64,000 bases of DNA, taken from sequence record MH494197.1; one strand, 5' to 3'. Both the position numbers and the translations under genes were made by a program. Below are positions 13,814 to 25,200 of the stretch, piece by piece. The notes under the pieces are model-generated. The model ran no database searches. It worked only from the letters and a program-made list of their open reading frames with translations, and was not told where the DNA came from. Positions within the stretch are counted from its first letter, which is position 1, and each line of letters opens with the position of its first letter.

Positions 13814-15132
13814 AAATAGATTATTATTATGATGGTCAATTTCGTCGAGTACTGAAACATCTTATCAGAGTGTTTGGTGAATTTCAAGTACAAAATGGTG
13901 TTGATGCTGACGGAAAACCAAAATATAAGAAAGTTCCTTGCCGCTATGCAGATATTTCACGTATGGCAGCAGCAATTATTAATGGTAACAGTGAGAACGT
14001 GCTTCCAACAGCACCAATCATGACCATTAGTGTAAACCAACTTAAACTAGATCGCAAGTCAGTTCGTTCAAACGCAAATGAAACATTGGTTATGGGGACT
14101 AACAAGTCCCGAATTAACGAATATACTAAAGACTTAGATAAACAGTATAAAGTAACTCGTCATAACCCAGTACCTTGGACATTTACTTTTGATGTTAATA
14201 TTTGGGTTACACAAACACAAACCAAAATGGAACTATTTGAGCAAATTTCAACATTGTTTGCTCCTAGTATTCAATTACAACTCTCCGAGAACCCATTGGA
14301 TTGGACATCATTGAGTGATGTGGAGTTAATTGACTGTCAATTTACTACTCGTGGTTTCCCACAAGGAACCGATAGTGATTTGGATATAATGATTTTGACA
14401 TTTGAAACAACAATTTGGTTCTCTTTGCCAGCTATTGTTGAGAAACCAAAACTTATTCAACAAATTACCACCAATATTAAAGGTGCTCGTGATGAACTTG
14501 ATTTTGAAATTGGTAATTACTCGGATATCATTACTGATGTATTCACACCAAAGAACTTATGTATTAAAGTTGATGAAATAACAAACTCTGAACTTAATAT
14601 TCCAGATACTTACCAACTCACTCTTGTTAGTCAATCACTATCAGAAACATCACCAAATGGTGGAATTTATTCATGGGAAAAATACCTTAAGTACTTGGAC
14701 CCAGAATATGAAGACAAGACGGTTGGTATCAAATTCCAACAAGCTATAGAAGAGGACAACCCACTAAAAGGACACATCTCTTCATTTGGTGAAGGTGCTG
14801 AATCTAACAAGATTGTAGTTCAGCTTGATAATAGTAATTATACTGTTGATTATACAATACATGGATTCATTAGTAAAAGCTCTTTGTTATATAACGCACT
14901 GCCTGAACAATATTATGTAAATAATAGCATACATAACATCATTTACAAAGAGACTGAAATCCCAGCGAACTATTTGTTTAAAATTACCAATGATGGAGCA
15001 GAACTTATTGAGCCATCACTAGTACACAACTATGTTTATAATATGGAAGATAGTGGATATTATAGATATAATGACAAATTCAAATGGCATAAGAGTATTA
15101 TGTCAGTATATCGTCAGGGTATTGGAAAATAA
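13810..15132 (+). CDS. Tail sheath stabiliser / tail terminator (T4 gp15-like)
   Basis: Intact 440-aa ORF: YYYDGQFRR...FGEFQV...KVPCRYAD...RHNPVPWTFTFDVNIW...ELFEQISTLFAPS. Confidence 0.8.
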   Translation: MKIDYYYDGQFRRVLKHLIRVFGEFQVQNGVDADGKPKYKKVPCRYADISRMAAAIINGNSENVLPTAPIMTISVNQLKLDRKSVRSNANETLVMGTNKSRINEYTKDLDKQYKVTRHNPVPWTFTFDVNIWVTQTQTKMELFEQISTLFAPSIQLQLSENPLDWTSLSDVELIDCQFTTRGFPQGTDSDLDIMILTFETTIWFSLPAIVEKPKLIQQITTNIKGARDELDFEIGNYSDIITDVFTPKNLCIKVDEITNSELNIPDTYQLTLVSQSLSETSPNGGIYSWEKYLKYLDPEYEDKTVGIKFQQAIEEDNPLKGHISSFGEGAESNKIVVQLDNSNYTVDYTIHGFISKSSLLYNALPEQYYVNNSIHNIIYKETEIPANYLFKITNDGAELIEPSLVHNYVYNMEDSGYYRYNDKFKWHKSIMSVYRQGIGK

Positions 15133-15161
15133 CTTTCACTGACAAATAAGGAGGTGTTGTT

Positions 15162-15623
15162 ATGAATGAAGCAGTAGGTGCTATATTTTTATCTAAAAGT
15201 ACTGGACATATGATGTTAAACTTGAGATCAGAAAGAAGTACGTATTCTAACAACTGGGCATTTGTTGGTGGGAAGCTTGAGTATAATGAAACTCCGTTAC
15301 AGGGTCTTATGCGTGAGATTAAAGAAGAGCTAGGTGATTCTATTCCAACGATAATAGATATTATACCATTTGATGTATTCTGTACGAAGAATGGTAAATT
15401 TAAATATTATTCATTTGTCATTGTAGTTGAAAATGAATTCGTACCTACTTTAAATCATGAGAGTTCGGGTTATGCATGGGTTAAGATTGGCTCATGGCCC
15501 AAACCATTACATCCGTGCAAAAACACATTACTTAACACAAATTTAATGAAGGATTTCTATTCATTGTGGGAAAGTATACGACAAGGTACACAGTTTGTCA
15601 ACAGCTTACCATATCGATATTAA
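15162..15623 (+). CDS. Nudix hydrolase
   Basis: Nudix box GGKLEYNETPLQGLMREIKEELG; LNHESSGYAW; GGAGG RBS. Confidence 0.9.
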   Translation: MNEAVGAIFLSKSTGHMMLNLRSERSTYSNNWAFVGGKLEYNETPLQGLMREIKEELGDSIPTIIDIIPFDVFCTKNGKFKYYSFVIVVENEFVPTLNHESSGYAWVKIGSWPKPLHPCKNTLLNTNLMKDFYSLWESIRQGTQFVNSLPYRY

Positions 15624-15624
15624 T

Positions 15625-15651
15625 AAAAAGGAGCCAATGGCTCCTTTTTCT
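15625..15651. terminator. Bidirectional rho-independent terminator
   Basis: AAAAAGGAGCC-AAT-GGCTCCTTTTT between convergent genes. Confidence 0.85.
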
Positions 15652-16745
15652 TTATACCCCAATTAGTGGGATACCTGTTATGTTAAGTAGAACAGATGCT
15701 TGAAGCTTAACTGACTCACCTGCCGAAAGGTTGTTTACTATACCATCGACGCGGAACCCTAAGTTTTTATTAGAGTTGAGAGAGTTAATCACCCAGTTTT
15801 CGTAATCCGCTTTTGTAATACCATTCGGATTTGGGAGAGTTGGATCAACATCATTAATTACCATAGAAACATCCCAATTCGGGCGACTACTTGTAATTAC
15901 ATCCTTGATTGATTCTAGTTGTGTAATGCGACGTGGATCTGGAATCTGACTTGCACCAATTGAACCGAAAAATGTACCTTGGTTATCAACATAGAACTGA
16001 CCTTTAATGAAAAATGTTTTGAATTATACGGAAGAGAAACAATTTCACCTGATGAATCACTAACTTCACGAATCATAATTTTCAATTCATAAAAATAGTT
16101 ACTACCAAATTCAAACACACCAGTACCATTTGTGAATGTTGTCCAGTTATTTGAATCAACCTGTGAAGTACCACCCATATTGAAGTACGCTAATGGCTTA
16201 GTACTGTTACTTTGTGTAAATTCAATATATTTCTTACCTGTATCATAGTTGATATCAAGTAGTGTTGAGTACTCTTTATTTTCTGGACGAGATGTTTGAA
16301 TTTCACGCCATTCTTTATTTTTCATTAGGACACGAAGGAATCACCATTACTGGTAAGAACCATACGACCCATAATACTATTTTCACCATCTGGTACTGTG
16401 TTGAAAATTGAAATCATTGGGATAGATGCCCAGTCAGCTTCAGATGCAGTATCTACTGGCTGACGAGCATTATCAACTAATGCAAGAAGTAGTTCGCCAG
16501 TGTTGCCAGTATTTCTGTACCAAATCTGACCATTAACGTTACCACGAGGTGCAGTAGCTCCACTGAAGTTCTCAACCAAGTGGAGGAAGTTTTCGTTCCA
16601 TGCTTGACCGTAACCAACTTTATTTCGACCTGCAAAGTTTAACGGTACTGGGTTACTACCGTTGGTTTGGTCCTAATATTACGTTATTTGGAATGGTAGC
16701 ATAAACGCTACCATTACTTCTATAAATTGTATAACTTACACTCAT
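15652..16745 (-). CDS. Virion structural protein (baseplate/fibre-attachment type), frameshifted
   Basis: Reconstructed MSVSYTIYRSNGSVYATIPN...FAGRNKVGYGQAWNENFLHLVENFSGATAPRGNVNGQIWY, an N-terminal motif common in jumbo-myovirus baseplate-region proteins; joins ORFs 16325..16579, 15915..16325, 15652..15864. Confidence 0.6.
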
Positions 16746-16757
16746 ATCATCACCTTA

Positions 16758-17364
16758 TTATTGTAGTTGGACACGAACTGTGTATTTGATTTGCAAAACA
16801 CGGTTAGCACTTTTCTCAACTGGGTGAAAAATAATATGGGTAAGTGGAATACCGCTATCACCATTTGTATATAAACCCAATTCGTCAAATACATATGTCC
16901 CATCCATGCTAGTACCAGAGCTAACACCTTGGTCAGATGGCTCACCTAAACCTAATGTGCAAATACAGACGATATCAGTGTAAGCTTGGCACGGAATGTG
17001 AACAGTTGTAATGTTGTTATATTGTGAATCAATACCAGCAGAGATACGTGGGTTGATTTTTTCAGATAAGTCTGAGAATATAGACCACCGAAAGAAGTAA
17101 CGCGTGGTTTCTTGTATGTGATACGACCAGTACTCAAAACTACTGTTCCACCATTACCAAAACGCATCTCACTAATAGATCCAATAGGAATACCAGTACT
17201 ATCTTGATTATAAGCCAACGCATTAGCAATAGCAGTACTCATATTTTCAGGGTGAATTGCGTTTGATTTATCCAAAACGATTTTTGGTTAGATGGATCAG
17301 TAACGTCAGTAATTAGTACATGACCCTTAACAAATAGTTTTGGTTGTTCTGTTTCTAATTTCAT
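16758..17364 (-). CDS. Conserved virion structural protein (baseplate region)
   Basis: Reconstructed MKLETEQPKLFVKGHVLITD...DKSNAIHPENMS...FGNGGT...YVFDELGLY...LTHIIFHPVEKSANRVLQIKYTVRVQLQ. Confidence 0.65.
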
Positions 17365-17373
17365 TTCTAATCC

Positions 17374-17870
17374 TTAGTAGTTAATTAAAATTTGTTCTAA
17401 CTTACCAGCTAAACTTTTTGTACATCAGATGGATACTTGCTAATGTAATCACGGTCAATACCGACTTTCAGATAGGTAAAGTTTCCGGTTAAGGTTTCAG
17501 CGAATGTACCAGTTGTACCTTGTTCTCTAATAAGGTCACCGCCATTTGGGTTAAGAATGACATTATCAGTAAATTCAAGATAGAAGTTGCAGCTTTCGGT
17601 AAATTTAATTGGGAACCAATCATCGTCAGATGGATTACTTGCCAGTGTAGCGAGTACGTAAATTCTACCAATGAAGTTACGTAGGGTAAAGGATATTGTA
17701 TGTAATCCTGTAGTACTACCATAATAGCCGCCACTAGCTAATGGTAATGTTTGTTCGTTCCAATGATAATCTAAGTTAGCAGGATACCAGCTATCTGATT
17801 CAGGAAATTCTTGCCATGAACCATCTTTAGTTTTTCTTTTGAAGAGGAAGTCTTTTGATCTTAATGCCAT
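17374..17870 (-). CDS. Conserved hypothetical virion protein
   Basis: 153-aa ORF (GGYYGSTTGLHTISF...FIGRIYVLATLASNPSDDDWF), extended to 17374 by one restored A; late promoter upstream. Confidence 0.65.
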
Positions 17871-17901
17871 TGTTAAGCCCTTTTAGTAGTGAACTTTCAT
17901 T

Positions 17902-17943
17902 TATTTATTAATGGCAACGAAATGTATTTTGTACTGATAAATA
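17902..17943. promoter_or_regulatory. Divergent pair of putative late promoters
   Basis: TAAATA on minus at 17902-17907 and on plus at 17938-17943, between divergent structural operons. Confidence 0.5.
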
Positions 17944-17979
17944 TTGGTATATGACATTAACTCATACAAGGGAAATATT

Positions 17980-19105
17980 ATGACAATTTCATTCAACAAT
18001 GGGTCAGGTGGTTCATGTAATAATTCTGGCATCAAAAGTTTAGTTATTAACGCTGCTGGACATTTAATTGTAACCTATTCCGACAATACAATCCAAGACC
18101 TAGGTCTAGTGGTTGGACAAAATGGTGCTAACGGTAGAAACTTTTATCCAAATGAGATAGGTTTTGAAGTTCCTAATGAACTCTTCCGTGTTGGTGAAGA
18201 ACTAGGGTGGTGTTATCTTAGTCTTGCAAACGGCACTAGTACTTTATATTTTAAATCAAACGATGCCCAAGAAACAATTAGTACTTGGAACCGTGTAGAG
18301 TTTGGTAAAGGTGATACTGGTGAAGCTGGTAAACCATTCCACATTGACAGTTCTGGTACGGCGTTTCCAACAACTGGTCTTTTCGATAATTACACATTCT
18401 ATAATACTGAAGATGGTAAATTATATTTCTATCAAAGCGTAACTGCAACATGGAGTGATGGTATTCCTTTCCGTGGTGAACAAGGTCTACGTGGTCGTTT
18501 CCATATTGATAGTACTGGTAGTCAATTCCCAAGCATTGATAATCTACCACAAGATTATTGCTTCTATAACACGACAGATGGTAATTTGTATTATGTCGAT
18601 ATCGTAACTACATCATCAACCCCAACTAAAGAGTGGAGTGCTGGTATCTTATTCCGTGGAAAAGACGGTGAAGAAGGTAAGCAAGGTGAACAAGGTATTC
18701 AGGGTGAACGGTAAAGATACAGTTGTTATCATCAACACTATTGATCATTCATGGACTAACGCATTGTTAGTTATTGGTACATGCCCTGCTGGATACCTAG
18801 TAACTAATATCGAAGTTGATATTAACCAAGCATATGATGAACCAGTAAATGAAATGTTTGTACGTTTCGGTGGTGAAGCACAAGAAGATATTGGTGGTAC
18901 TGTAATTGCACCTGTTGATTATTTCGATATCAACCGCAAAATGCGTTACATTGTTAACGAAACCAACCACGAAGTATCAAGTAAAGATGAAATCATTTCT
19001 TGTGTATTCAATGATTCCGTAAACAACAGTTCATTTGGTGAAATGAAGATCGTTTGTACTTTATCATGGCAAGCACCTATTCAGCCTATTCAAGATAACA
19101 TTTAA
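17980..19105 (+). CDS. Collagen-linker repeat virion protein (putative fibre/spike adaptor)
   Basis: Three modules of type F(H/Y)-D--G--FP...Y-FYNT-DG-LY...W--G--FRG, separated by Gly-X-Y triplets (GDTGEAG, GEQGLRG, GKDGEEGKQGEQGIQGERG); one frameshift near 18710. Confidence 0.65.
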
Positions 19106-19118
19106 AGAGGGTTGATAA

Positions 19119-21248
19119 ATGGCAGTTTTTCCAATTTAGAAGGGACCATGATGCCAACATTCAAGTTGGGTAAACGTGGTGCTTCTATTAATTTTGTAAA
19201 CGATTCTGTCGCAATCAAAGACTTTTAGGCGAAACGTTCCTACCTGTTAAGGTGGGAACTCCTAATGACGATGATTCCGCAGTAAACGTTAGGTATCTTG
19301 AAGATAACCCAAATGCTTTATTTGGCGTACTTCCACCAACAAATGACATTGGTAAAAATAACAACACTTATTTTCAAGTTGATTCTGAGGGTATTGTTGA
19401 TATCTTTGCAAAACAAATGATGTTTGGGTAAAATCATTATACATTAATAAAAATGTCCTTTCCAGTGTTAACGGTGCTGATTATATCGGACTTATTACTG
19501 GAGGAACACTTCAACAGGCACAGTTTTACATAACACCAGAAGAGTTTGGTGCAAAGGTGATGGCATCACTGATGACACGGCGGCGTTAACGCATGTGCAG
19601 TTTATGCTAAAGAACACAAAATCCAAATTCAAGCTGGTGGTAATTATCGTATCAGAACTGCTGTTTATTTGAATGATATTCAATGGTTTGGTGGTACAAT
19701 CACTGGTAACGGTGGCACAATGGTATCGGTACTGAATAGTACAATCCAACAAGCAACATTAACAGGATGTTATTTAAAATTCTTTGGTGGTAATGGTAAA
19801 TTTTATTTTAATAAATTTATTAATATTACAAGTACTGCTGCATTTCTAATGCAAGGTATGACTGAATCAGGTACTATCGACTTCTGCTTTAATGAAATGA
19901 CACAATGTAAGTACGGTGTTCTTCAGCAAGGCACTGGTGAAAAATGACAGTTGGGCGTTATTCATACAACCACATCCATGATATATATGGTGATGCAATT
20001 GAATTGAACGTAGTCAACTCACATTACCCAGACGGATTTGTAATAGAAGGCAACTTGATTGAAAACGTAGATGGTACAAATGCACCAATTCCTCTTTCAA
20101 ACTGGGGTATTGGTATCGGTGTTGCAGGTTCTGGTCCTTATGATGTGAATGCTGATGATTCACAATATGTAAAAAATTCGTTATAAAAATAACCGCTTGT
20201 ACAATGTCCGTCAATGTATTCACGTTGAGTTGGGTAAAGACTTTAAAATTCTCAATAATGAAGTTTATCCATCAACGTTGGTATCAATTGGTACTGGTTT
20301 GACAACCGCTGGTGTAATTACTTATGGTTCTGTTGATTTTATTATTGATGGCCTATCTGGGCATCTATTAAATGATCCATCAGTAACTAACCGTATGGTT
20401 TCTATTAACTGGGGCGTAACATCTGGTAAATTTGCTGGTCCTCCACGAAACTTTAAATTATGTAATCTCCACATTCCTGAGTCGTCTATTATTGTGTATA
20501 CTTCAGGCTCTGATAATTGGCTAAATACTACTGAACTTTCTAATATTACATGTAGTAGAATTCAATGGCGTGGATTGCCGTCATCTTCCAAGTTTAATAA
20601 TATCAGTACTAAAGAACTTGATGTTATTGGACAACACCTTGCAACTGAAGGTGAAGGAGGGGCTTATATACTCGCTCTAAATATACATATACCAACTGGA
20701 CTAATTGTGTTGTTCAAGATGATTGTAACATATCAAAATATAGTTTCTCAAGAATGTATGTTGACCGTATTGACCAATCATCTAATAACTTTAAAGTAAC
20801 CACTGCAATTGATGGAACGGGTCATCGTGGACCTGTAGTAATACCTGTAGTTGAACAGTATTACGTGCCTTATGATGTTTTTCCGGTGGGAGATATTTCC
20901 CAACAGGAACAATTATCCATAAACAATCAGGTGGAAAATTTATTGTTACAGTAGGTGGTTCTTTCTTTGGTCGATATGACACAATTAGACAAACAGTTGC
21001 AGGACAAACTTATATCGAAGCATTGGGTGTATCATGGGGTGATAATCAATATGCTAAAGCTGCTGGAACCGAAATCCTAATCACAGGAGCAGGGGAAAAT
21101 GGCGAAGATTTAAAACATATATCACTAGAGCAGTTTATGTTGTTAATAATGCGTATCGTATCGATATTGCCGATCCGATTGTTACTGCTACCGCAGCAGG
21201 GCATTATTGAAAGCTGCTCAACCAATAACATATATCACCCTATCTTAA
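19119..21248 (+). CDS. Tailspike depolymerase, WcaM-like / colanic-acid-degrading type
   Basis: N-terminal MAVFSNLEGT anchor; PEEFGAKGDGITDDTAA beta-helix start; HDIYGDAIELNVVN...NWGIGIGVAGSGPY...RQCIHVELGKDF closely follows the WcaM / phage colanidase motif series (WGIGIG-AG...RQ--HVE-GK-F); several frameshifts. Confidence 0.75.
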
Positions 21249-21261
21249 AGGAGATTATAAA

Positions 21262-22157
21262 AATGGCAGTTTTTCTAATTTAGAAGGAACCATGAAGAAG
21301 ACCTTCATACTTGGTAAAAATGGTGCACAAATTGCCACTAATGGTAATGTTGTTCAAATCCAGAACTACACGGGTACACAACTTCTTCCTGTTTCAGCAG
21401 GTGACCCAACCGCAAATACACACTTGGTTACATTGGGTTATTTGAATACACATAGCGGTGGTGGTGGCGGTTCCGGTATTTTACGTGGAACTATTGCACC
21501 ATCTGAATCAATCGGTGTAGATGGTGACGCTTACTTCTTAGTTGACAGTACTAATATTATTCAGATCTATATTAAAGACCTTGGTGTTTGGAAGCCTCTC
21601 CAAAGCACAACTCCGTACTGATAGTTCTTACGTTACTACTGAAATCGTTCCTGTATCGGCATTTACATTAGTTCACGGAACAACAGATCAATATACTTAT
21701 TCTTTACCTGAATCAGTACATGGTCGTGGTCCAGATATTATGGTTCAGCTACAGGGTGATCCCGGTAACATCCCACTTGACACTGTATTCCAAACTAACG
21801 TCACTGTGAGTGGTATTGGTGACATTACGATTGATGTTATTGGTCAAATTACTGAATACACAAGTGTCAAAGTCAACATCATAGGAGCAACAACAATGAC
21901 AGTACCTTATAGTAAATTAATTAATATAGCAGATTGGGTAGCATCTGGTGATGATTACACCATTACTGTTCCAGCGTCAGAACATAACCAAACACCTGAC
22001 AATTTGTATATTTCTATATATTCAAATAAAACACCGCAGTACAGCAGCATCACCATTTGAACTGGTAATAACCGAAACTCAAATTGATGCAAGTGGTAAT
22101 GTTACATTCACTTCTGATGAAGCGTTTAGTGGTAAAATAGTAATTTCCGGTAAATAA
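21262..22157 (+). CDS. RBP anchor/adaptor protein sharing the tailspike N-terminus
   Basis: Starts MAVFSNLEGTMKKTFILGKNG, like the spike at 19119; poly-Gly linker; GTIAPSESIGVDGDAYF...IYIKDLGVWK module; two similar C-terminal beta domains; frameshifts near 21272 and 21620. Confidence 0.65.
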
Positions 22158-22162
22158 AAAAT

Positions 22163-22197
22163 AATCCAGACTGCGTTCCATCGAGTCTGGATTTTTA
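22163..22197 (+). terminator. Rho-independent terminator
   Basis: AATCCAGACT-11 nt-AGTCTGGATT then TTTT. Confidence 0.7.
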
Positions 22198-22206
22198 TAT
22201 TAATAA

Positions 22207-22213
22207 CTAAATA
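22207..22213 (+). promoter_or_regulatory. Putative late promoter of fibre 1
   Basis: CTAAATA in context actaaatatatgtattaacaa, nearly repeated before fibre 2. Confidence 0.6.
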
Positions 22214-22271
22214 TATGTATATTAACAAGGTCAAATGTATTTTATGCTTTTGCCTATTTGGAGGGAACTAA

Positions 22272-25200
22272 ATGTACTCGATTAAAACAGATCTAGATAT
22301 AACTGGTGGTGCAACGGTTGGTAAAGATCTTCTTGTGAAAGGCGATGCAGTATTCAATAAAAATCTAACAGTTAATGGAACTGTAACTTTTGCTGACGCT
22401 GTATTCACTGCAATTGAAGCAGGAACTGTAGACATTTCATCTACACTAGATGTTGCTGGTAAAGCATCATTGAATGGTGGAATTGAAGTTCATGGTAATT
22501 CCGTAATTGGTAATTTGCCTGTTGGCTCTGATACTGCAACGATTAATTCTAATGCACAATTCCAAAGCCCAGTATCAATGGCAGGTAACCTAACACAAAC
22601 CGCTGGCACTGCTGTACTAAAAGATACCCAAGTGGCATCAATGGATGTTCTTGGAACTTCTTCATTTAAAGGTAATATTACTGCTGAAACTGGCACTACC
22701 GCAGCATTTGACAAAATAACTGCAACTGATGCAACATTCACAAACACTGCAACTACTGATATCACATCAACTGGAACTGCAAACTTTAAAGATGTGAATA
22801 TTTCCGGTACACTAGGTGGAACATTTAGTCTATCTGATGTTAATGCAACAACTCTAACTGTTTCTGGTTTAACCAGTCTACAAGGTGGTGTTACATTAGG
22901 TTCCAACATTACTGGTGTGAATAGTAGTGCAAACTTCCGTGATATTAAAATTGGTTCCAATGCTGCAAACACTAACTACCGTTTGAGCTTTAACTATTCT
23001 GCTCCAAGTCTTCGCCCAACTGTAATTCTACAGAACGAAATCCAATCAGAATTGATGTCTCCAGCTACCCTAAGTGTATTGAAAACTGCATCTTTTGGTG
23101 ATTCGTCATTATCCACTTTTGGTATTACTGGTAATGGTCTAAACAAACTAGATTACCTAACAGTATCTGGTAACTCTGTTCAAGATCCAGCAACTCCACT
23201 ATTACAAGTAACTTCAGGTAAAACTAAAGTTCATGATTTCGAAGTAACAGGAACTGCAACTATTCCTAACATTGAAAGTACTGGTACTGCTAATTTTAAT
23301 AACATCAACGTATCTGGTACACTCGGCGGTACTTTCAGTCTTGATGATATTGAAGCAAACACTCTAACTGTTTCTGGATTAACTAGCCTTGTTGGTGGTG
23401 TAACTTTAGGTGCTGATATTTCCGGTGCTAATAGTACTGCTAATTTTAAAGCAGTAAGTTTAGGACAAAACGCAGCCGATGCTAACGTTAAGTATGGTTT
23501 TGCTTATTCTGCCCGGTGCTCGTCCAACTGTAATTCTACAAAATGAAATTCAGTCTGAACTAGTATCTCCAGCAGTACTAAATGTACAAAAACTGCTACC
23601 TTTGGTGATGCATCTCTTGCAACCTATGGTATCACAGGTAACGGTCTAAACAAACTAGATTATCTATCTATTACTGGTAATGGTACACAAAGTCCAGCTA
23701 CCCCACAACTACAAGTAGCTGGTAAATCAGTACTAAATGATGTTGAATTCACTGGTACTGTAACTGGTCTAACTGTTGATGTGAGTGGACAAGATCTAAC
23801 TCCTAAATCAGTAGTTGCTGCTGAAGCAATCAAAGGTCAAACCCTTGAATCAGTTGGTCAAACCACCGTAGGAACTAACCTACAAGTTGGTGGAACTGCT
23901 AATGTTGTTGGTGCACTAACTGGTACTGCTGCTACCTTCACTGGTGATGTAAGTGCTGCTAAAGGTACTTTCAGTGGTGATGTTAGCGTTACTGGTCAAA
24001 CTGTAACTGTACGTGATTTAGTAGTAACTGGTACAACTACTGGTGTAACTGCCCAAGCTGATGTTGATGGTCTTGATATCGCCCCAAATAAAGTTGATGT
24101 TACAACAACACTATCTGTTGCTGGGGACACTACTTTAGCTGGCCTAACTGCTAGTTCAGTAACCAGTACTGGTGATGTTACTGGTGCGTCTGTATCTGGT
24201 AATACAGTAACTGCGGCTGGTGCACTATCTGGTGGTTCTCTTGCAGTAACTGGTGCTGGTTCTATGGCTTCACTAACTGTTCCAAGTATTACTGGTGACA
24301 CTACTTTTGCTAATAACGTAACTATTACTGGAACACTAACTCCGAGTAGTATAGATTTAAGCACTACTGATGTAAGTGCTGCTTCTTTAACAACTACTGG
24401 TAACGTAACTGTTGGTGGTTCTCTTGCAGTAACTGGTGCTATTGATTTGTCTGCTGCTGATGTAGTAACAAAATCAGTTAGTGCAACTAACCCAAGTACA
24501 TTTGGTGTAATTAATGCATCTTCTGTTGTCGCAACTGGTGACGTTTCAGGTGGCACTCTAACTACTACTGGTGCAGCGAAAGTAGGAACACTAACTAGTA
24601 CTGGTGTAGTATCTGGTTCGCGTTTGTCTTCTGGTACTGCAACAATCTCAACTTCTGTAACAGTTCCAACTTTACAAGCTGAAGCTGCTGGTGCTGGTAC
24701 ACTAAATCTAGCAAGTAATGTTGTCGCGGCAAAGATCTAACTGTCACTGGTGTATTCAAACCTGAAGGTGGTCTTGACCTAACAACTGTTGATATTACTG
24801 CAAACTCACTAACTACTACTGCTGATGTTAATGTTGGTGGAAACTTAGTAGTTGATGGTACTTTTGACCTAAGTGCTGCTGATGTGTCTGTGAAATCTCT
24901 TGCAAGTGCAGAGACAATTACAAGTGCTGGTGTTATTACCGTTACCGATTCAACCAATACTAGTTCGTTACCTAAAATTACTTCAACTGATGCAACACTC
25001 TTTACAGTAAATGCAGGTACTATTAATGCAACTGGCAACAGTGTACTACAAAGTGTATCAGCTACTCAAGTAACTGCAACTAGTGCTGAATTGACTGGTG
25101 TTGGTCTTGGTCTTCAAGTCGATAATGATGCAAACGTTGGTGGTGCATTATCTGTTGGTGGAATCGCAACTGTTGGTTCTTTAACAACAACTGCTGCTTC

